A stretch of 64,000 bases of DNA from Gemmatimonadota bacterium (GCA_038153405.1 JAYOYH010000005.1:72176-136175), one strand, 5' to 3'. Positions 8,791 to 19,046 are shown, numbered from the stretch's first letter. Translations and numbers: made by a program. The notes: a model not told the origin generated them from the sequence alone.

Positions 8791-11394
8791 CTAGTACGCT
8801 ACCGATACCGCGCGCAATACCTCGGCGTTTTCAATGCCGGCACCCGATATTTCGGTGGCAACGCGTAGACGCGCGTAGTAGATGCCCGGCGCCACCCGTT
8901 GACCTGCATCGTCGCGGCCGTCCCAACGCAGAGAGCGCGGGCCGGTGCTCACCGCCCGCTGCTCGGCGAGGTGACGAACCGGCCGACCGCTCAGATCGTA
9001 GACCGTTACTTCCGCCGGACTGTTATCGCTCACTCGAATAACGGTAAACTCAAAGGCCGCCTCGTCGTTCACTCCGTCGCCGTTGGGCGAGAACACGCGC
9101 GGCACCACTTCGGCGTATCGAATGAGCTCTTTGCGGCCGACAGCGCCGACGAGCGTAGTCGTGTTGCCATCTCCCAGAGCAACGGCGTTACCCGCATCTA
9201 CGCGCTGCCAAGCGTTTGTTGCTCCACGCTGCTGCAGCAGGGGTTTTAAAACGGCCCCGGTAGAAAAAAGCGCCGTGCGGAAATCGAGGCGCAATAGGTC
9301 GATGTTATCGTTGGGGCCAATGGGTGCAAACGATACGCGCAGGCTGTCGCCGCCATTGGCGGCCACTTCGACGCCTTCGGGAACCAGTGCTGTAAGATCG
9401 TTCCCCGACATAAAATCGGCCTCTGCACCAGCAAAAATACCCGTGAAATTTAGGCTCATATCAGAAGGGGCGACCAACAGCAATTCGTCAAAGCCGCTGT
9501 CGTTGCGCGTGAAATCGGGCCGGATATATAGCGAGAACGGGCGTTCTATGCCCAGCGAATCGACTTGAAACGGCACCAGTTCACCCACCAAACCCTGCGC
9601 CACCGGATCGACAAAATTGAGCCGAATAGAACGCAGCGTGGCCGCAGTGTTTGGTTCGTCGGACACCAGCGTTGCCCGCACTTTGAGGTATTCGCGCGGC
9701 GACGGCGATGTAATTGGACTACCCGATGGGAGCGCATACGGCTCACTCCAATCGCTCCAATCGTTGCCTGGCACTTCTTCGGGGACAATATCTCCTCTGA
9801 ACAGCGACAGCAGCTTTCCATACTGCGCCTCCGTCACTTCGGTGCCGTCTTTTTTAAAGTAGTGCAACACCTCGCCCAATTCGTTGCCCGTGCGCGTTTG
9901 AATTTGCACGCTGGTGCCCGGCGGCGTATCGGCATCCCACTCGATAGACAGCAGATTGCGACTGCCGCCCAAGCGAATCAGATCCGACTCCAACTCGACG
10001 CGTGGCTGCACCCCCTCACCGTAGAGCTGGATCTCCGCTAGTTCAACGCGATTGCTGCCGCGCTCTTTTATCTGCCAAAACATGCGAAAGAAGCGCGCTT
10101 TAATCGGATCAAAATCGTTTCCTTCAAAGTTTTCACGCACGCGCCCGGCTTGCGAACGATCGAATGACGTTCTCCACTGCAAGGTACCGTCCGGAGCGAG
10201 CGAACCGTCTGAAAACTGCAGCTGATAATCGCCAAAGCGGCGAAAAAGACCGCCATAGGCCATGCGGTGCGTGTCGATCCAATAAAACGAGCCCAGGTCG
10301 AAAAAGAGCTCGCGGTCAAAAATCTGCGTAGCGCCGGGTTGAGCATCCCACACCATCTGGGAAATAGTACCGCGATCGCCGTCGACAAACGAACTGAGCG
10401 CCACGTTGGGCTCGGTTGCAAAAATAAAGCCACCGCGCGAAACGGTCCCGCTGAGAATCTCGTCGCCCAACCCCCAAACTTCGAGCTCGGCCAAGCGCGG
10501 CCGCTCTTGGCGGAAATAGCGCACGGCGCCTTGGCGCTCGGGATCTAGCTGCTCGAAGACATCCTGCCGAACCGGCACTTGGCCGCCATTAATTAACTTT
10601 TTATTGTATTCGATATCGCCTCGATCGGCCGCCAGCAAGCCTTCGTATTCTTCCTTGGTCACCTCCCGACCTCGGCCTGCGTCCGTGCCATTGACGACTA
10701 CTTGTACAAATCGGATCCCCTCGCTCTCGGCTTCGGCACTCAGCCCATCCAGATCAATTTCAAATATGCGCTGGTCCTTGTTCTCTTGCAGCGTCCTGAG
10801 CACCGTCTGGTAGCGCGGCACTTTCGACCCCGGAACGCGCGGTGGCGCCAGCCCATCGGAAACCAATACGTCAAAGAGCAGGAAGGGATCGCCCAGCGCT
10901 TCGTCGACAAACTTTAACACGAGTTTCTTGGCAAAGACAAAGCGGCCCAAATCAATGACAAACCACCACTGCGTTGCCAAATCGCTCCCTTCTTCAGCGC
11001 GATCGGGTTGCCAATAGGTCGTCATATCACCGTCCATAATATGGACCACATCGGCGCTATTTGAACCCGCTTTAACCGCGTCAATAAGCTCAATATCCTC
11101 GGGGGCTTTCTTGATTTCAGATGGAGTATTGAGCCGCAGAAAATCGACGATATCGGAGACGGCATTGGCATTGCGCCGCATCGTCGACGGCTGCACCTGT
11201 CCGCCAGCAATCCGCAGCGTGCCCTGGGCAAATATCCAGTTTTGCCAGTGGCTCTGGCTCTCGACAATGACTTGACTAGCGCTCAACCGGTACCCCTGTG
11301 CCCGTGCCGGGTCAGCGGAACCCATCGCCCACACGGCTATGCACAATGCAAATATCAAACAACTGCGGTTTGCATAAAGAGCGCTCAAAACCAT
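8791..11394 (-). CDS. Secreted protein with two discoidin-like modules and a FlgD-Ig-like C-terminal domain (paralog A2)
   Basis: Colinear with A1 over the full length; SD GGAG; ends RAVSVAY. Confidence 0.8.
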   Translation of the reverse strand: MVLSALYANRSCLIFALCIAVWAMGSADPARAQGYRLSASQVIVESQSHWQNWIFAQGTLRIAGGQVQPSTMRRNANAVSDIVDFLRLNTPSEIKKAPEDIELIDAVKAGSNSADVVHIMDGDMTTYWQPDRAEEGSDLATQWWFVIDLGRFVFAKKLVLKFVDEALGDPFLLFDVLVSDGLAPPRVPGSKVPRYQTVLRTLQENKDQRIFEIDLDGLSAEAESEGIRFVQVVVNGTDAGRGREVTKEEYEGLLAADRGDIEYNKKLINGGQVPVRQDVFEQLDPERQGAVRYFRQERPRLAELEVWGLGDEILSGTVSRGGFIFATEPNVALSSFVDGDRGTISQMVWDAQPGATQIFDRELFFDLGSFYWIDTHRMAYGGLFRRFGDYQLQFSDGSLAPDGTLQWRTSFDRSQAGRVRENFEGNDFDPIKARFFRMFWQIKERGSNRVELAEIQLYGEGVQPRVELESDLIRLGGSRNLLSIEWDADTPPGTSVQIQTRTGNELGEVLHYFKKDGTEVTEAQYGKLLSLFRGDIVPEEVPGNDWSDWSEPYALPSGSPITSPSPREYLKVRATLVSDEPNTAATLRSIRLNFVDPVAQGLVGELVPFQVDSLGIERPFSLYIRPDFTRNDSGFDELLLVAPSDMSLNFTGIFAGAEADFMSGNDLTALVPEGVEVAANGGDSLRVSFAPIGPNDNIDLLRLDFRTALFSTGAVLKPLLQQRGATNAWQRVDAGNAVALGDGNTTTLVGAVGRKELIRYAEVVPRVFSPNGDGVNDEAAFEFTVIRVSDNSPAEVTVYDLSGRPVRHLAEQRAVSTGPRSLRWDGRDDAGQRVAPGIYYARLRVATEISGAGIENAEVLRAVSVAY

Positions 11395-11429
11395 AAGGGT
11401 TAGCTCCAGTCTTCCATTAGCCCGTCCAA

Positions 11430-14030
11430 TCAGTAGACGACGACAATGGACCGCAAAGCCTCGGCGTTGTCGATTCCAGCACCAGCGGTTTTCGTAGCAA
11501 CGCGCAGGCGCGCATAGTACACGCCCGGGACCACCATATCGCCCGCATCGCTGCGCCCATCCCAGCGCAGCACGCGCGCGCCCGTGCTCACCAAACGCTG
11601 CTCGACCAAGCGCCGCACCTGTCGACCACTCAGGTCGTAGACGATTACCTCAGCCGGACTGCTATCGCCCACGCGAACAACAGTAAATTCAAATGCCGTC
11701 TCGTCGTTAACCCCGTCGCCGTTCGGAGAAAACACCTTGGGAGTCACCGACACATCGCGAATGAGCTGCTTGCTCCCTACAGCGCCCACTAGCGTGGTCG
11801 TATTGCCCTGACCCAGTGCGATGGCATTGCCGGCATCCACCCGCTGCCACGCGCTGTTGGCACTGCTGCGCTGCTGCAGCGCGGGCCGCAACACCGCCCC
11901 CGTCGAGAAGAGGGTCGTGCGGAAGTCCAAGCGCAGCACATCGACATTGTCGCCTGGGCCAATAGAGGGGAAAGCCACTTGCAGACTGTCTCCTCCACTG
12001 TTCACCAGTTCGACATCAGCCACCGCCAATCCATCTACACCGAGCTCCTCGCCGATAAAATCCGCTTCTTTGCCGACGTAAAACCCAACGAAGTCGAGTG
12101 TCATGTCCGGCGGTGCAACCAGCAATAATTCGTCAAACCCGCTATCACTGCGCGCGAAGTCGGGTCGGATATACAGCGAAAAGGGCTGCTCTACGCCCAG
12201 CGAATCCACCTGAAACGGAACGACCTCACCCACCAAACCCTGTGCCACCGGATCGACAAAATCGAGCCGAATCGAGCGCAATGCCGCGGCAGCGGCCGGG
12301 TCATCGGAGACCAACGTCGCCCGCACCTTGAGATATTCGCGCGGCGATGGCGAAATGATCGGGCTACCCGACGCGAGCGGGTACGGCTCGCTCCAATCGC
12401 TCCAGTCGTTTCCAGGCACTTCCTCGGGAACGATCTCTCCTTTGAACAGCGATAACAGCTTGCCATACTGCGCCTCGGTAACCTCCGAGCCGTCTTTCTT
12501 GAAATAGTGCAGCACTTCGCCCAGCTCATTGCCGGTGCGGGTCTGAATCAGCACGCTCGTGCCCGGCGGCGTGTCGGCATCCCAGCGGATTGACAGCAGA
12601 TTGCGACTGCCTCCGAGCCGGATCAAGTCCGACTCCAGTTCTACCCGCGGTTGCACACCCTGGCCGTAGAGCTGCATTTCGGCTACGGGGGCCTGCCCCG
12701 ACCCCCTAAGGTTGCGCGCCTTGGCCTGCAGGCGAAAAAAGCGCGCCTTGACCGGCTCAAAAAGATTCCCCTCAATAATTTTCTTAGGCGTTGCATCTTG
12801 CTGGCGGAACAGCGCAGTAAACCAGTTCAGCTTGCCGTCTGGACCGAGCGACCCATCCGAGAAGTCCAGCTGGTAGTCGTAAAAGCTGCGCGCATGGACG
12901 TTGCCCGGATTGTAGACGAGGCGGTGCGTATCCACCCAAAAAAACGATCCTAAATCGAAAAACAGGTCTAAGTTCAAATCCAGCGGGTCGCTGATCTCGG
13001 CAATGTCGATGGCCAGTGTGCCAAAGCTTTGGATATTGCCGTCGATGACAGAAGCTGTATTGATTTGCTGGGTCGAGGTGATAAAACCGCCGCGCTCGAC
13101 AGTGCCGCTGACAATCTCATCGCCCGTGGCCCAAACCTCTAGCTCCGCCAAGCGGGGGCGCTCGCGCATGAAATAGCGGACGGCTCCCTGGCGCTCTGCC
13201 TCCAACTGTTCGTAGACGCTCTGCTTGACCACCACCTCGCGCCCGTCGGTCAGCTTCTTGCTGTACTGGATCGCGCCCCGATCACCCGCTTCGAGCGCAT
13301 CGTACGCTGCGCGATCAACTTCGCGACCTCGCTGCAAATCGCTGCCGTTCACCACGACCTGCACAAAGCGCACTCCTTCGCTCTGCGCTTCGGGCACCTC
13401 GCTGAAGTCGATCTCAAATACGCGCTGGCTCTTGTTGGGCTGCAGGTGGCGCAGGACCGTCTTGAACTCAGGCGATTTCGAACCGGGTACGCGCACCGGA
13501 TTCAGCCCGTTGGAAACGAGCACGTCGAACAGCAAAAAGGGGTCGCCCAACTCCTCATCGACGAATTTTAGCACCAGCTTTTCGACAAAGACAAAGCGAC
13601 CCAGGTCGACAGTGAACCACCACTGCGACTGGAGGTCGACATCGGGCTGCAGCGGATCGGGTTCCCAGTAGGTCGACATATCGCCGTCGAGGATATGCAG
13701 TACGTCCTCGCGGTTGGACCCAGCCTGAATTGCATCGATCAATTGGATATCTTCGGCCGCTTTACTGCCCAGCGTCGGCGGCGGATGAAGGCGCAGCGAT
13801 TCTAATATATTGAAGGATGCGTTGATGTCCTTGTTGAGAACGCGGGGCATCACTTCGCCGGCAGAGGAGATGCGTAGCGTGCCGGCGGGGAAAATCCAGT
13901 TATTCCAATGGCGGCCTTCTACGACGACCTGATTAGCCGCAATGCGATGGCCCTGTCCCTCCACTGCACTAATCGGTAGCAGCGCAATGCAACATACCCA
14001 CTGAATAACGTTGCTCATCAATCGTCTCAT
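11430..14030 (-). CDS. Secreted protein with two discoidin-like modules and a FlgD-Ig-like C-terminal domain (paralog A3)
   Basis: Colinear with A1 and A2; ends RSIVVVY. Confidence 0.8.
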   Translation of the reverse strand: MRRLMSNVIQWVCCIALLPISAVEGQGHRIAANQVVVEGRHWNNWIFPAGTLRISSAGEVMPRVLNKDINASFNILESLRLHPPPTLGSKAAEDIQLIDAIQAGSNREDVLHILDGDMSTYWEPDPLQPDVDLQSQWWFTVDLGRFVFVEKLVLKFVDEELGDPFLLFDVLVSNGLNPVRVPGSKSPEFKTVLRHLQPNKSQRVFEIDFSEVPEAQSEGVRFVQVVVNGSDLQRGREVDRAAYDALEAGDRGAIQYSKKLTDGREVVVKQSVYEQLEAERQGAVRYFMRERPRLAELEVWATGDEIVSGTVERGGFITSTQQINTASVIDGNIQSFGTLAIDIAEISDPLDLNLDLFFDLGSFFWVDTHRLVYNPGNVHARSFYDYQLDFSDGSLGPDGKLNWFTALFRQQDATPKKIIEGNLFEPVKARFFRLQAKARNLRGSGQAPVAEMQLYGQGVQPRVELESDLIRLGGSRNLLSIRWDADTPPGTSVLIQTRTGNELGEVLHYFKKDGSEVTEAQYGKLLSLFKGEIVPEEVPGNDWSDWSEPYPLASGSPIISPSPREYLKVRATLVSDDPAAAAALRSIRLDFVDPVAQGLVGEVVPFQVDSLGVEQPFSLYIRPDFARSDSGFDELLLVAPPDMTLDFVGFYVGKEADFIGEELGVDGLAVADVELVNSGGDSLQVAFPSIGPGDNVDVLRLDFRTTLFSTGAVLRPALQQRSSANSAWQRVDAGNAIALGQGNTTTLVGAVGSKQLIRDVSVTPKVFSPNGDGVNDETAFEFTVVRVGDSSPAEVIVYDLSGRQVRRLVEQRLVSTGARVLRWDGRSDAGDMVVPGVYYARLRVATKTAGAGIDNAEALRSIVVVY

Positions 14031-14036
14031 AGCGTA

Positions 14037-15956
14037 TCAATAGGCCAGCGAAACGATGCGCTCGACGGCATCCGTACCCTGATCGGCAGCTATTTCCAAG
14101 CGCAGGATATACATGCCCGGCGGCAGCACCTTGCCCTCTTCGTCGCGGCCGTCCCATTGGGTAGAAAAACGACCGCTGGCAACGCTAGCCACCGGCACCG
14201 AACTAAGGCGCTGTCCCGATAGCGAGTAAATCTCGACCGTCGCCGGCACCGCACCTGCTAGGTTGAGCAAATCGTACTCAATGGTGACTCGATCGTTGAC
14301 GCCATCGTTATTGGGCGTCAGCACCGGCGAAGATAAGTGCATTGTCTGAATAGTATTCGAGTCAAGTCCGGCCAAGTCCACCCGCAGCACGTCGCCGTCA
14401 AACAGGTCGTCGGCATTGCCCGGCGTCAGCGTCTGATATACCTCATCGGCCATCTCACTGTTGAACACCCGACCAGAAAACACGGTACCAAACTTAAAAA
14501 CTTCGGCGCGAAAATCGACTTCGATCAGCTCTTCTGTCTGCTGGATGCTGATCGGCGGAACGCGGACCGTAAACCCAGTATCATCTATGTTGACGAGTTC
14601 ATATTCCTCTTCAATGCCGCCAATGCGCACCGCATCTACGCCAATGGCACGGGCCGGCGTGTCGATCGATATGCTATCGAAGCCCAAGTCGCCACTATCG
14701 AGATTCGGCTTGATCTTGTATGTGAATGACGTAACCTCTCCCGCTGGCGCTCTATTCGGCTCGATTTCAGCCAGCGCTTCGCTGGCAATGGGTGGTATCG
14801 CCACAGAAAATTGCAGATAGTCGAGCTGGCCGCTGGCCTCTAGTCCGGAAAGAAAGTCGACCTTGAACTGCACAAATTGATGCGTTTTGTTGCCCACTAG
14901 ATTGCCGCTCTCCGATTCAAAGTCGTAGGGCGTCGACCAAAAATTCCAATTCTCTGTATCGTGAGTAATCCCCGCTTTCTCACCCGATTCAAGCTTCTTG
15001 TAGTCAGCCAGCTTGAGGGGCCGACCATTGGTGGCAAAGCGGGTGCGCTCATCGCCTCTGAACGTGAAGCGCCAATAGTTGTTGGGATCGTCGTCGTCAC
15101 CAGCGCGCATCGCAATGTCGATCTTCGCCTCTTGGTCCTGGCGGCCCAGCCAAGTTAGCTGACCCAAGCTGGCTGGCTTGCCGAGGTCGATCACGTTAGA
15201 AACATAGTGGGCGAATGGGGCATAGCCGATACCAAAAATCTGGAATTCCGCGACTTCCCAGATCCCACGAGTATTTTCAAAGCCCTGAAACAGGATTTGC
15301 TTGATGGGGACCGGCGGCATTTCTAACGTGATATCGGATACCGTGTTTTCGGTGATCTCGTGCGCTACGTCAAAGTTGACGAAGTGGCCGCGGGTGCCAA
15401 AATCGCGGTCGCGCGTGCCGTCCTTAAGCGGATCCCCGTCGCTAATGCCGATGACAAATTTTTGTATGAAGCGGTCGTGTTCGTGCTTTTCGCGTGGAAA
15501 AAAGCGAATTCGCTGGATCAGAAAGCGCCCACCAAAATCAAAAATCAAGTGCTTCTGCGGCGGCGCGTGGGCAGCAAAGTGCCCATCGCCCAGGTAGGCC
15601 GTGCCGGGATCCTCGTCAAAAAAGACCAGATCCTCTTCGAGTCGGCGTTCCCAACCCGTCCAACCTAGTGCTAGGATCTGTCCCCCGTTGCTTTCGAGTG
15701 CAGGCGTGAGATTCACGCTGGGATCAAGCTCGCGCGGTTTGATATAGTCCGGGCTGACTTCTAGCAGTTCCAAGCTGCCGTGACGGGCTTCTTCTGCCTC
15801 GTCCCAGCTGAGCTGAACAAACTCAAAGTCTCCGCCGAACTCGGGTCGCGGCAGATTCTCACCGCCGATGCGGAAAATCGTGAGCGCATCTGCATTCGCC
15901 CCCCACCCCAACGCCAACGCAAACAGTGCGCTACCCAAAAGTCCGAAGCGATTCAT
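14037..15956 (-). CDS. Secreted protein with one discoidin-like module and a FlgD-Ig-like C-terminal domain (paralog B1)
   Basis: Start MNRFGLL after SD GGAGA; IFDFGG..IRFFPR..WEVAEFQIFG; LTPNNDGVND..WDGRD..GMY..VSLAY. Confidence 0.8.
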   Translation of the reverse strand: MNRFGLLGSALFALALGWGANADALTIFRIGGENLPRPEFGGDFEFVQLSWDEAEEARHGSLELLEVSPDYIKPRELDPSVNLTPALESNGGQILALGWTGWERRLEEDLVFFDEDPGTAYLGDGHFAAHAPPQKHLIFDFGGRFLIQRIRFFPREKHEHDRFIQKFVIGISDGDPLKDGTRDRDFGTRGHFVNFDVAHEITENTVSDITLEMPPVPIKQILFQGFENTRGIWEVAEFQIFGIGYAPFAHYVSNVIDLGKPASLGQLTWLGRQDQEAKIDIAMRAGDDDDPNNYWRFTFRGDERTRFATNGRPLKLADYKKLESGEKAGITHDTENWNFWSTPYDFESESGNLVGNKTHQFVQFKVDFLSGLEASGQLDYLQFSVAIPPIASEALAEIEPNRAPAGEVTSFTYKIKPNLDSGDLGFDSISIDTPARAIGVDAVRIGGIEEEYELVNIDDTGFTVRVPPISIQQTEELIEVDFRAEVFKFGTVFSGRVFNSEMADEVYQTLTPGNADDLFDGDVLRVDLAGLDSNTIQTMHLSSPVLTPNNDGVNDRVTIEYDLLNLAGAVPATVEIYSLSGQRLSSVPVASVASGRFSTQWDGRDEEGKVLPPGMYILRLEIAADQGTDAVERIVSLAY

Positions 15957-15994
15957 AACATTCTCCATCCGGGAATACCCGTTTACACAATCGG

Positions 15995-17908
15995 TCAATA
16001 CGCCACCGAAACGATGCGTTCTCTAACGGCCGTGCCACCGTCTGTTTGCACTGCGAGGCGGACGATATACATCCCGGGCGGCAACACCGTCCCGCTGGCA
16101 TCGCGTCCGTTCCAAGCCATGGAAAACCGACCGCTCTCAGCAGTCCCCGAGGAAATGGCAGCCAAGCGTCGACCCGATAGATCGTATATTTCGATCATCG
16201 CCGGCACAGTCCCCATCAAATTGAGCAGGTCGTATTCTATCTCGACTTCGTCGTTGATGCCATCGCCGTTAGGTGTTAGCACCGGTGAAGACAGGCTCAT
16301 GGCCTGAATAGTCGGCTGCGATAGACCCTGCAAATCAACCCGCAGCGCATTGGCATCGACCAGAGGGTCCGCATCGCCCGGCGTCACCGTCTGATGCACT
16401 TCCTGTGGGCGCTCGCTGTCAAAGACTCGTCCCGAAAATACAGTGCCAAATTTAAACACCTCTGCCTGAAATTCGACTTCGATCAACTCCCCCGTTTGAT
16501 CGGTGTCTATCCGGGGAATGCGGACGGTAAATCCGCCGTCGTCTAGAGCGGCCACTTCAAAGCGAGCCTCTATGCCTCCGACGCGCACCGCGTCGATGCT
16601 AACGGGCCGAGCCGGCGTATCGATGGAAATGCTATCAAAGCCGAGATCATCGGCCTTGAGGCGGGGCTTGATTTTGTAAATAAAGGGAGCGACCGTCCCC
16701 GCAGGCACCTGATTGGGCGTTATCTCAGCCATGACCTCATTGGCCACCGGCGGAATGGAAACCTTGAATTGCAGATAGTCGAGTTGACCGCCAGTGGCTA
16801 AGCTCGACGTAAAATCAGCTTTAAACTGCACGAACCGACGCGGTTTGCTGCTTATGAGATCGCCGCCCAACGCACCGAACTCATAGGGAGTCGACCAAAA
16901 GTCCCAATTCTCCGTATCGTGGGTAATCCCCGCCTTTTCGCCCGAATCTAGCTTGTTGTAGCTCTTGAGCACCAGCGGCACCCCGTTGACATCAAAGCGC
17001 GCGCGCTCGTCACCCCTGAAAGTAAAACGCCAGTAGTTGTTGGGATCTTCGTCGTCGCCAGCGCGCATGGCAATATCGACCCCAGAAGCGGCCGCTTGGC
17101 GGCCAGACCACACCACCTCACCGAGACTGGCCGGAGCGCCGAGGTCGATTATGTTGGATATATAGCTGGACTGCGGAGCAAAACCAATACCGTAGAGCGC
17201 TAACTCGGCGACCTCCCATATCCCACGCGCGTTTTCCGGCGCTTCAAACAGCAGCATGCGCACAGGCACCTGCGGCAGCTTCAGATTGAGCTGTGACTCT
17301 GTATTCTCAAATAGCTGGTGGGCGATATCAAAATCGAAGTACTGATCTCTATGTCCAGATACAAATTCACGCGTGCCGTCTTTGAGTGGGTCTCCATCGT
17401 TTAACCCAATGGTCAGCGTCTCTATAAAGCGATCGTTGAGAAAGCGATCGCGCGGCGACAGTTCAATGCGATCCAGGAGAAAAACGCCGCCCAGATCGAA
17501 GATCATCGATTTCTGGCGTATGACTCCGTAGTCGCCACCCCAATCGCCGTCGCCGAGAAAGGCCGTGGCGGGATCGCCGTCAAACATCTTGAGATCGCGG
17601 CCAAAGGCCGGCCCCCACCCCGTCCAAGTCAACGAGAGAATGCGACCGCCCAGTGCCTCGAGTTGCGGCGTGAGGTTAACCGTCGGATCGAGCTGCTGCG
17701 GCCCGATAAAATCCGGAGCAATTTGCAGGAGGTAGGCACTGCCGTGGCGAGCGGGATCGACCTCCGACCAAGACATCTGCACAAAATCGTAGGGCGCGTC
17801 CAACTCGGGCTGCGGAACGCCCTCTCCGCCGATTCGATAAATCGTAACAGCACTGGCCGGCTGTATGACGGCGAGACAGAAAATGGCAAACCATCCCCAT
17901 ATTCTCAT
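15995..17908 (-). CDS. Secreted protein with one discoidin-like module and a FlgD-Ig-like C-terminal domain (paralog B2)
   Basis: SD GAGGT; signal peptide ending ASA; colinear with B1; LTPNGDGIND; ends VSVAY. Confidence 0.8.
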   Translation of the reverse strand: MRIWGWFAIFCLAVIQPASAVTIYRIGGEGVPQPELDAPYDFVQMSWSEVDPARHGSAYLLQIAPDFIGPQQLDPTVNLTPQLEALGGRILSLTWTGWGPAFGRDLKMFDGDPATAFLGDGDWGGDYGVIRQKSMIFDLGGVFLLDRIELSPRDRFLNDRFIETLTIGLNDGDPLKDGTREFVSGHRDQYFDFDIAHQLFENTESQLNLKLPQVPVRMLLFEAPENARGIWEVAELALYGIGFAPQSSYISNIIDLGAPASLGEVVWSGRQAAASGVDIAMRAGDDEDPNNYWRFTFRGDERARFDVNGVPLVLKSYNKLDSGEKAGITHDTENWDFWSTPYEFGALGGDLISSKPRRFVQFKADFTSSLATGGQLDYLQFKVSIPPVANEVMAEITPNQVPAGTVAPFIYKIKPRLKADDLGFDSISIDTPARPVSIDAVRVGGIEARFEVAALDDGGFTVRIPRIDTDQTGELIEVEFQAEVFKFGTVFSGRVFDSERPQEVHQTVTPGDADPLVDANALRVDLQGLSQPTIQAMSLSSPVLTPNGDGINDEVEIEYDLLNLMGTVPAMIEIYDLSGRRLAAISSGTAESGRFSMAWNGRDASGTVLPPGMYIVRLAVQTDGGTAVRERIVSVAY

Positions 17909-17963
17909 GATTCAATTACCTCGCTCAGCAGCGTGAGGGTAACAGCCCAAAAATCGCTACAAC

Positions 17964-17992
17964 ATTATATAATAAAAAAGAGGGGAGATCAA
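17964..17992 (-). promoter_or_regulatory. sigma70-like promoter TTGATC-N17-TATAAT for the five-paralog run, overlapping the upstream terminator
   Basis: -35 at 17992-17987, consensus -10 at 17969-17964, 17 nt spacer. Confidence 0.65.
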
Positions 17993-18010
17993 CCGCGATC
18001 TCCCCTCTTT
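17972..18010 (-). terminator. Intrinsic terminator of the 18050-18958 gene
   Basis: 14 bp inverted repeat AAAGAGGGGAGATC / GATCTCCCCTCTTT with a 6 nt loop and a T-tract on the minus strand, 40 nt after the stop codon. Confidence 0.88.
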
Positions 18011-18049
18011 CAATATGGTCTAAGACCAACTTACAAGCGCTACATCAGG

Positions 18050-18958
18050 CTAGCGAGCAACCGAAGCCTTGATTTGACCCCAGCTGTCATTCTCGACGGC
18101 AGTCGGCAGGTTAGCCGTGTCGACCGGGAGAAGGATAAAATCGCTGAAGGAGCTGGCATTGCCGAAGATATCCGACTGGCCACCCAAAACCCACTTCCAG
18201 GTCTTGGGATCATCTTCGGTGCCGTTGTCGTTATCGACGACCTGCAGACCGGCACCGACGATCTCGCCTTCGACAAAGTCGTGGCGGACGCTCTGATCCG
18301 GACCGGCAAAGTTGAAATCGTCCCAAGCGACCGTGTACCACTCGGCCTGAATCGTGGCCTCAGAGCCGTGCACACCGTCCAGCGTGAACGAATCGGTGCA
18401 GCAAGAATGAGGCTCTTCGTCGTGCCAGTCAGCGGTGGTCATCCAGAACCAGTACCAGCCGAAGGGCTCAAGAGCCGGCCAACGGTAGTGACCCGTCTGG
18501 GCCTGACGACCGCGCGTGCGCAGCGCTTCTTCTTCGGTCTGGCCTTCCTGGCTCCAGAACCAGTCGCCGCTGTGATCGGCGTCAAGACCGACCTCAATGC
18601 TATCGTCCTGACCGCAGCAGCCAACACCGCCCGCATCGCGGTCCCACACGTTGTCGTAGCGATCGTACACGTAGTAAATGCGATCCAGCTCGTCGTTCCA
18701 ACCCATTGCAAAGCGGAACCACAGGTCAGAAGTATCTACGGGCTTACCGCTACCATCATCAACGGCGAAAAGGTCGCCATTGATCTCGAGCCACAGTTCG
18801 GACGGCAAGACATCCCATTCGGAAATATCACCATCCAAATTGGGAAGGTGCGACGTCGGCCAGTTCCAAGCGCCGAAGATGAGACCCTCGGGAACGTGTG
18901 CCGAAGCGGGCGCTGCAGACAACGCTGCGACGGCCGCCAGTGCAATCAGCTTCTTCAT
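18050..18958 (-). CDS. Secreted CBM9/DOMON-like protein with a C-terminal TAVExxSWGxIK tail
   Basis: SD AGGAGG then MKKLIALAAVAALSAAPASA-H; LDGDISEW, GWNDELDRIY and EVGLDADHSG match 828-1688; ends PTAVENDSWGQIKASVAR. Confidence 0.8.
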   Translation of the reverse strand: MKKLIALAAVAALSAAPASAHVPEGLIFGAWNWPTSHLPNLDGDISEWDVLPSELWLEINGDLFAVDDGSGKPVDTSDLWFRFAMGWNDELDRIYYVYDRYDNVWDRDAGGVGCCGQDDSIEVGLDADHSGDWFWSQEGQTEEEALRTRGRQAQTGHYRWPALEPFGWYWFWMTTADWHDEEPHSCCTDSFTLDGVHGSEATIQAEWYTVAWDDFNFAGPDQSVRHDFVEGEIVGAGLQVVDNDNGTEDDPKTWKWVLGGQSDIFGNASSFSDFILLPVDTANLPTAVENDSWGQIKASVAR

Positions 18959-19046
18959 TGGTAACCTCCTGGTCAGAAGCGGTGGTAAAACGAGCAACAC
19001 AAGTGCAAGAACTATCATACGCATATACTAAGCGAAACTCGTGGGC

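Noticed and set aside
6169..17908. Diversity-generating retroelement or shufflon behind the paralog variation
   Set aside because: No reverse transcriptase or recombinase is present. Paralogs differ at many synonymous sites of all bases, with no near-identical TR/VR pair or inversion repeats.
17663..18964. 433 aa plus-strand ORF
   Set aside because: It is antisense to a well-supported gene. Biased codon usage explains the open frame, and the product has no recognisable motifs.
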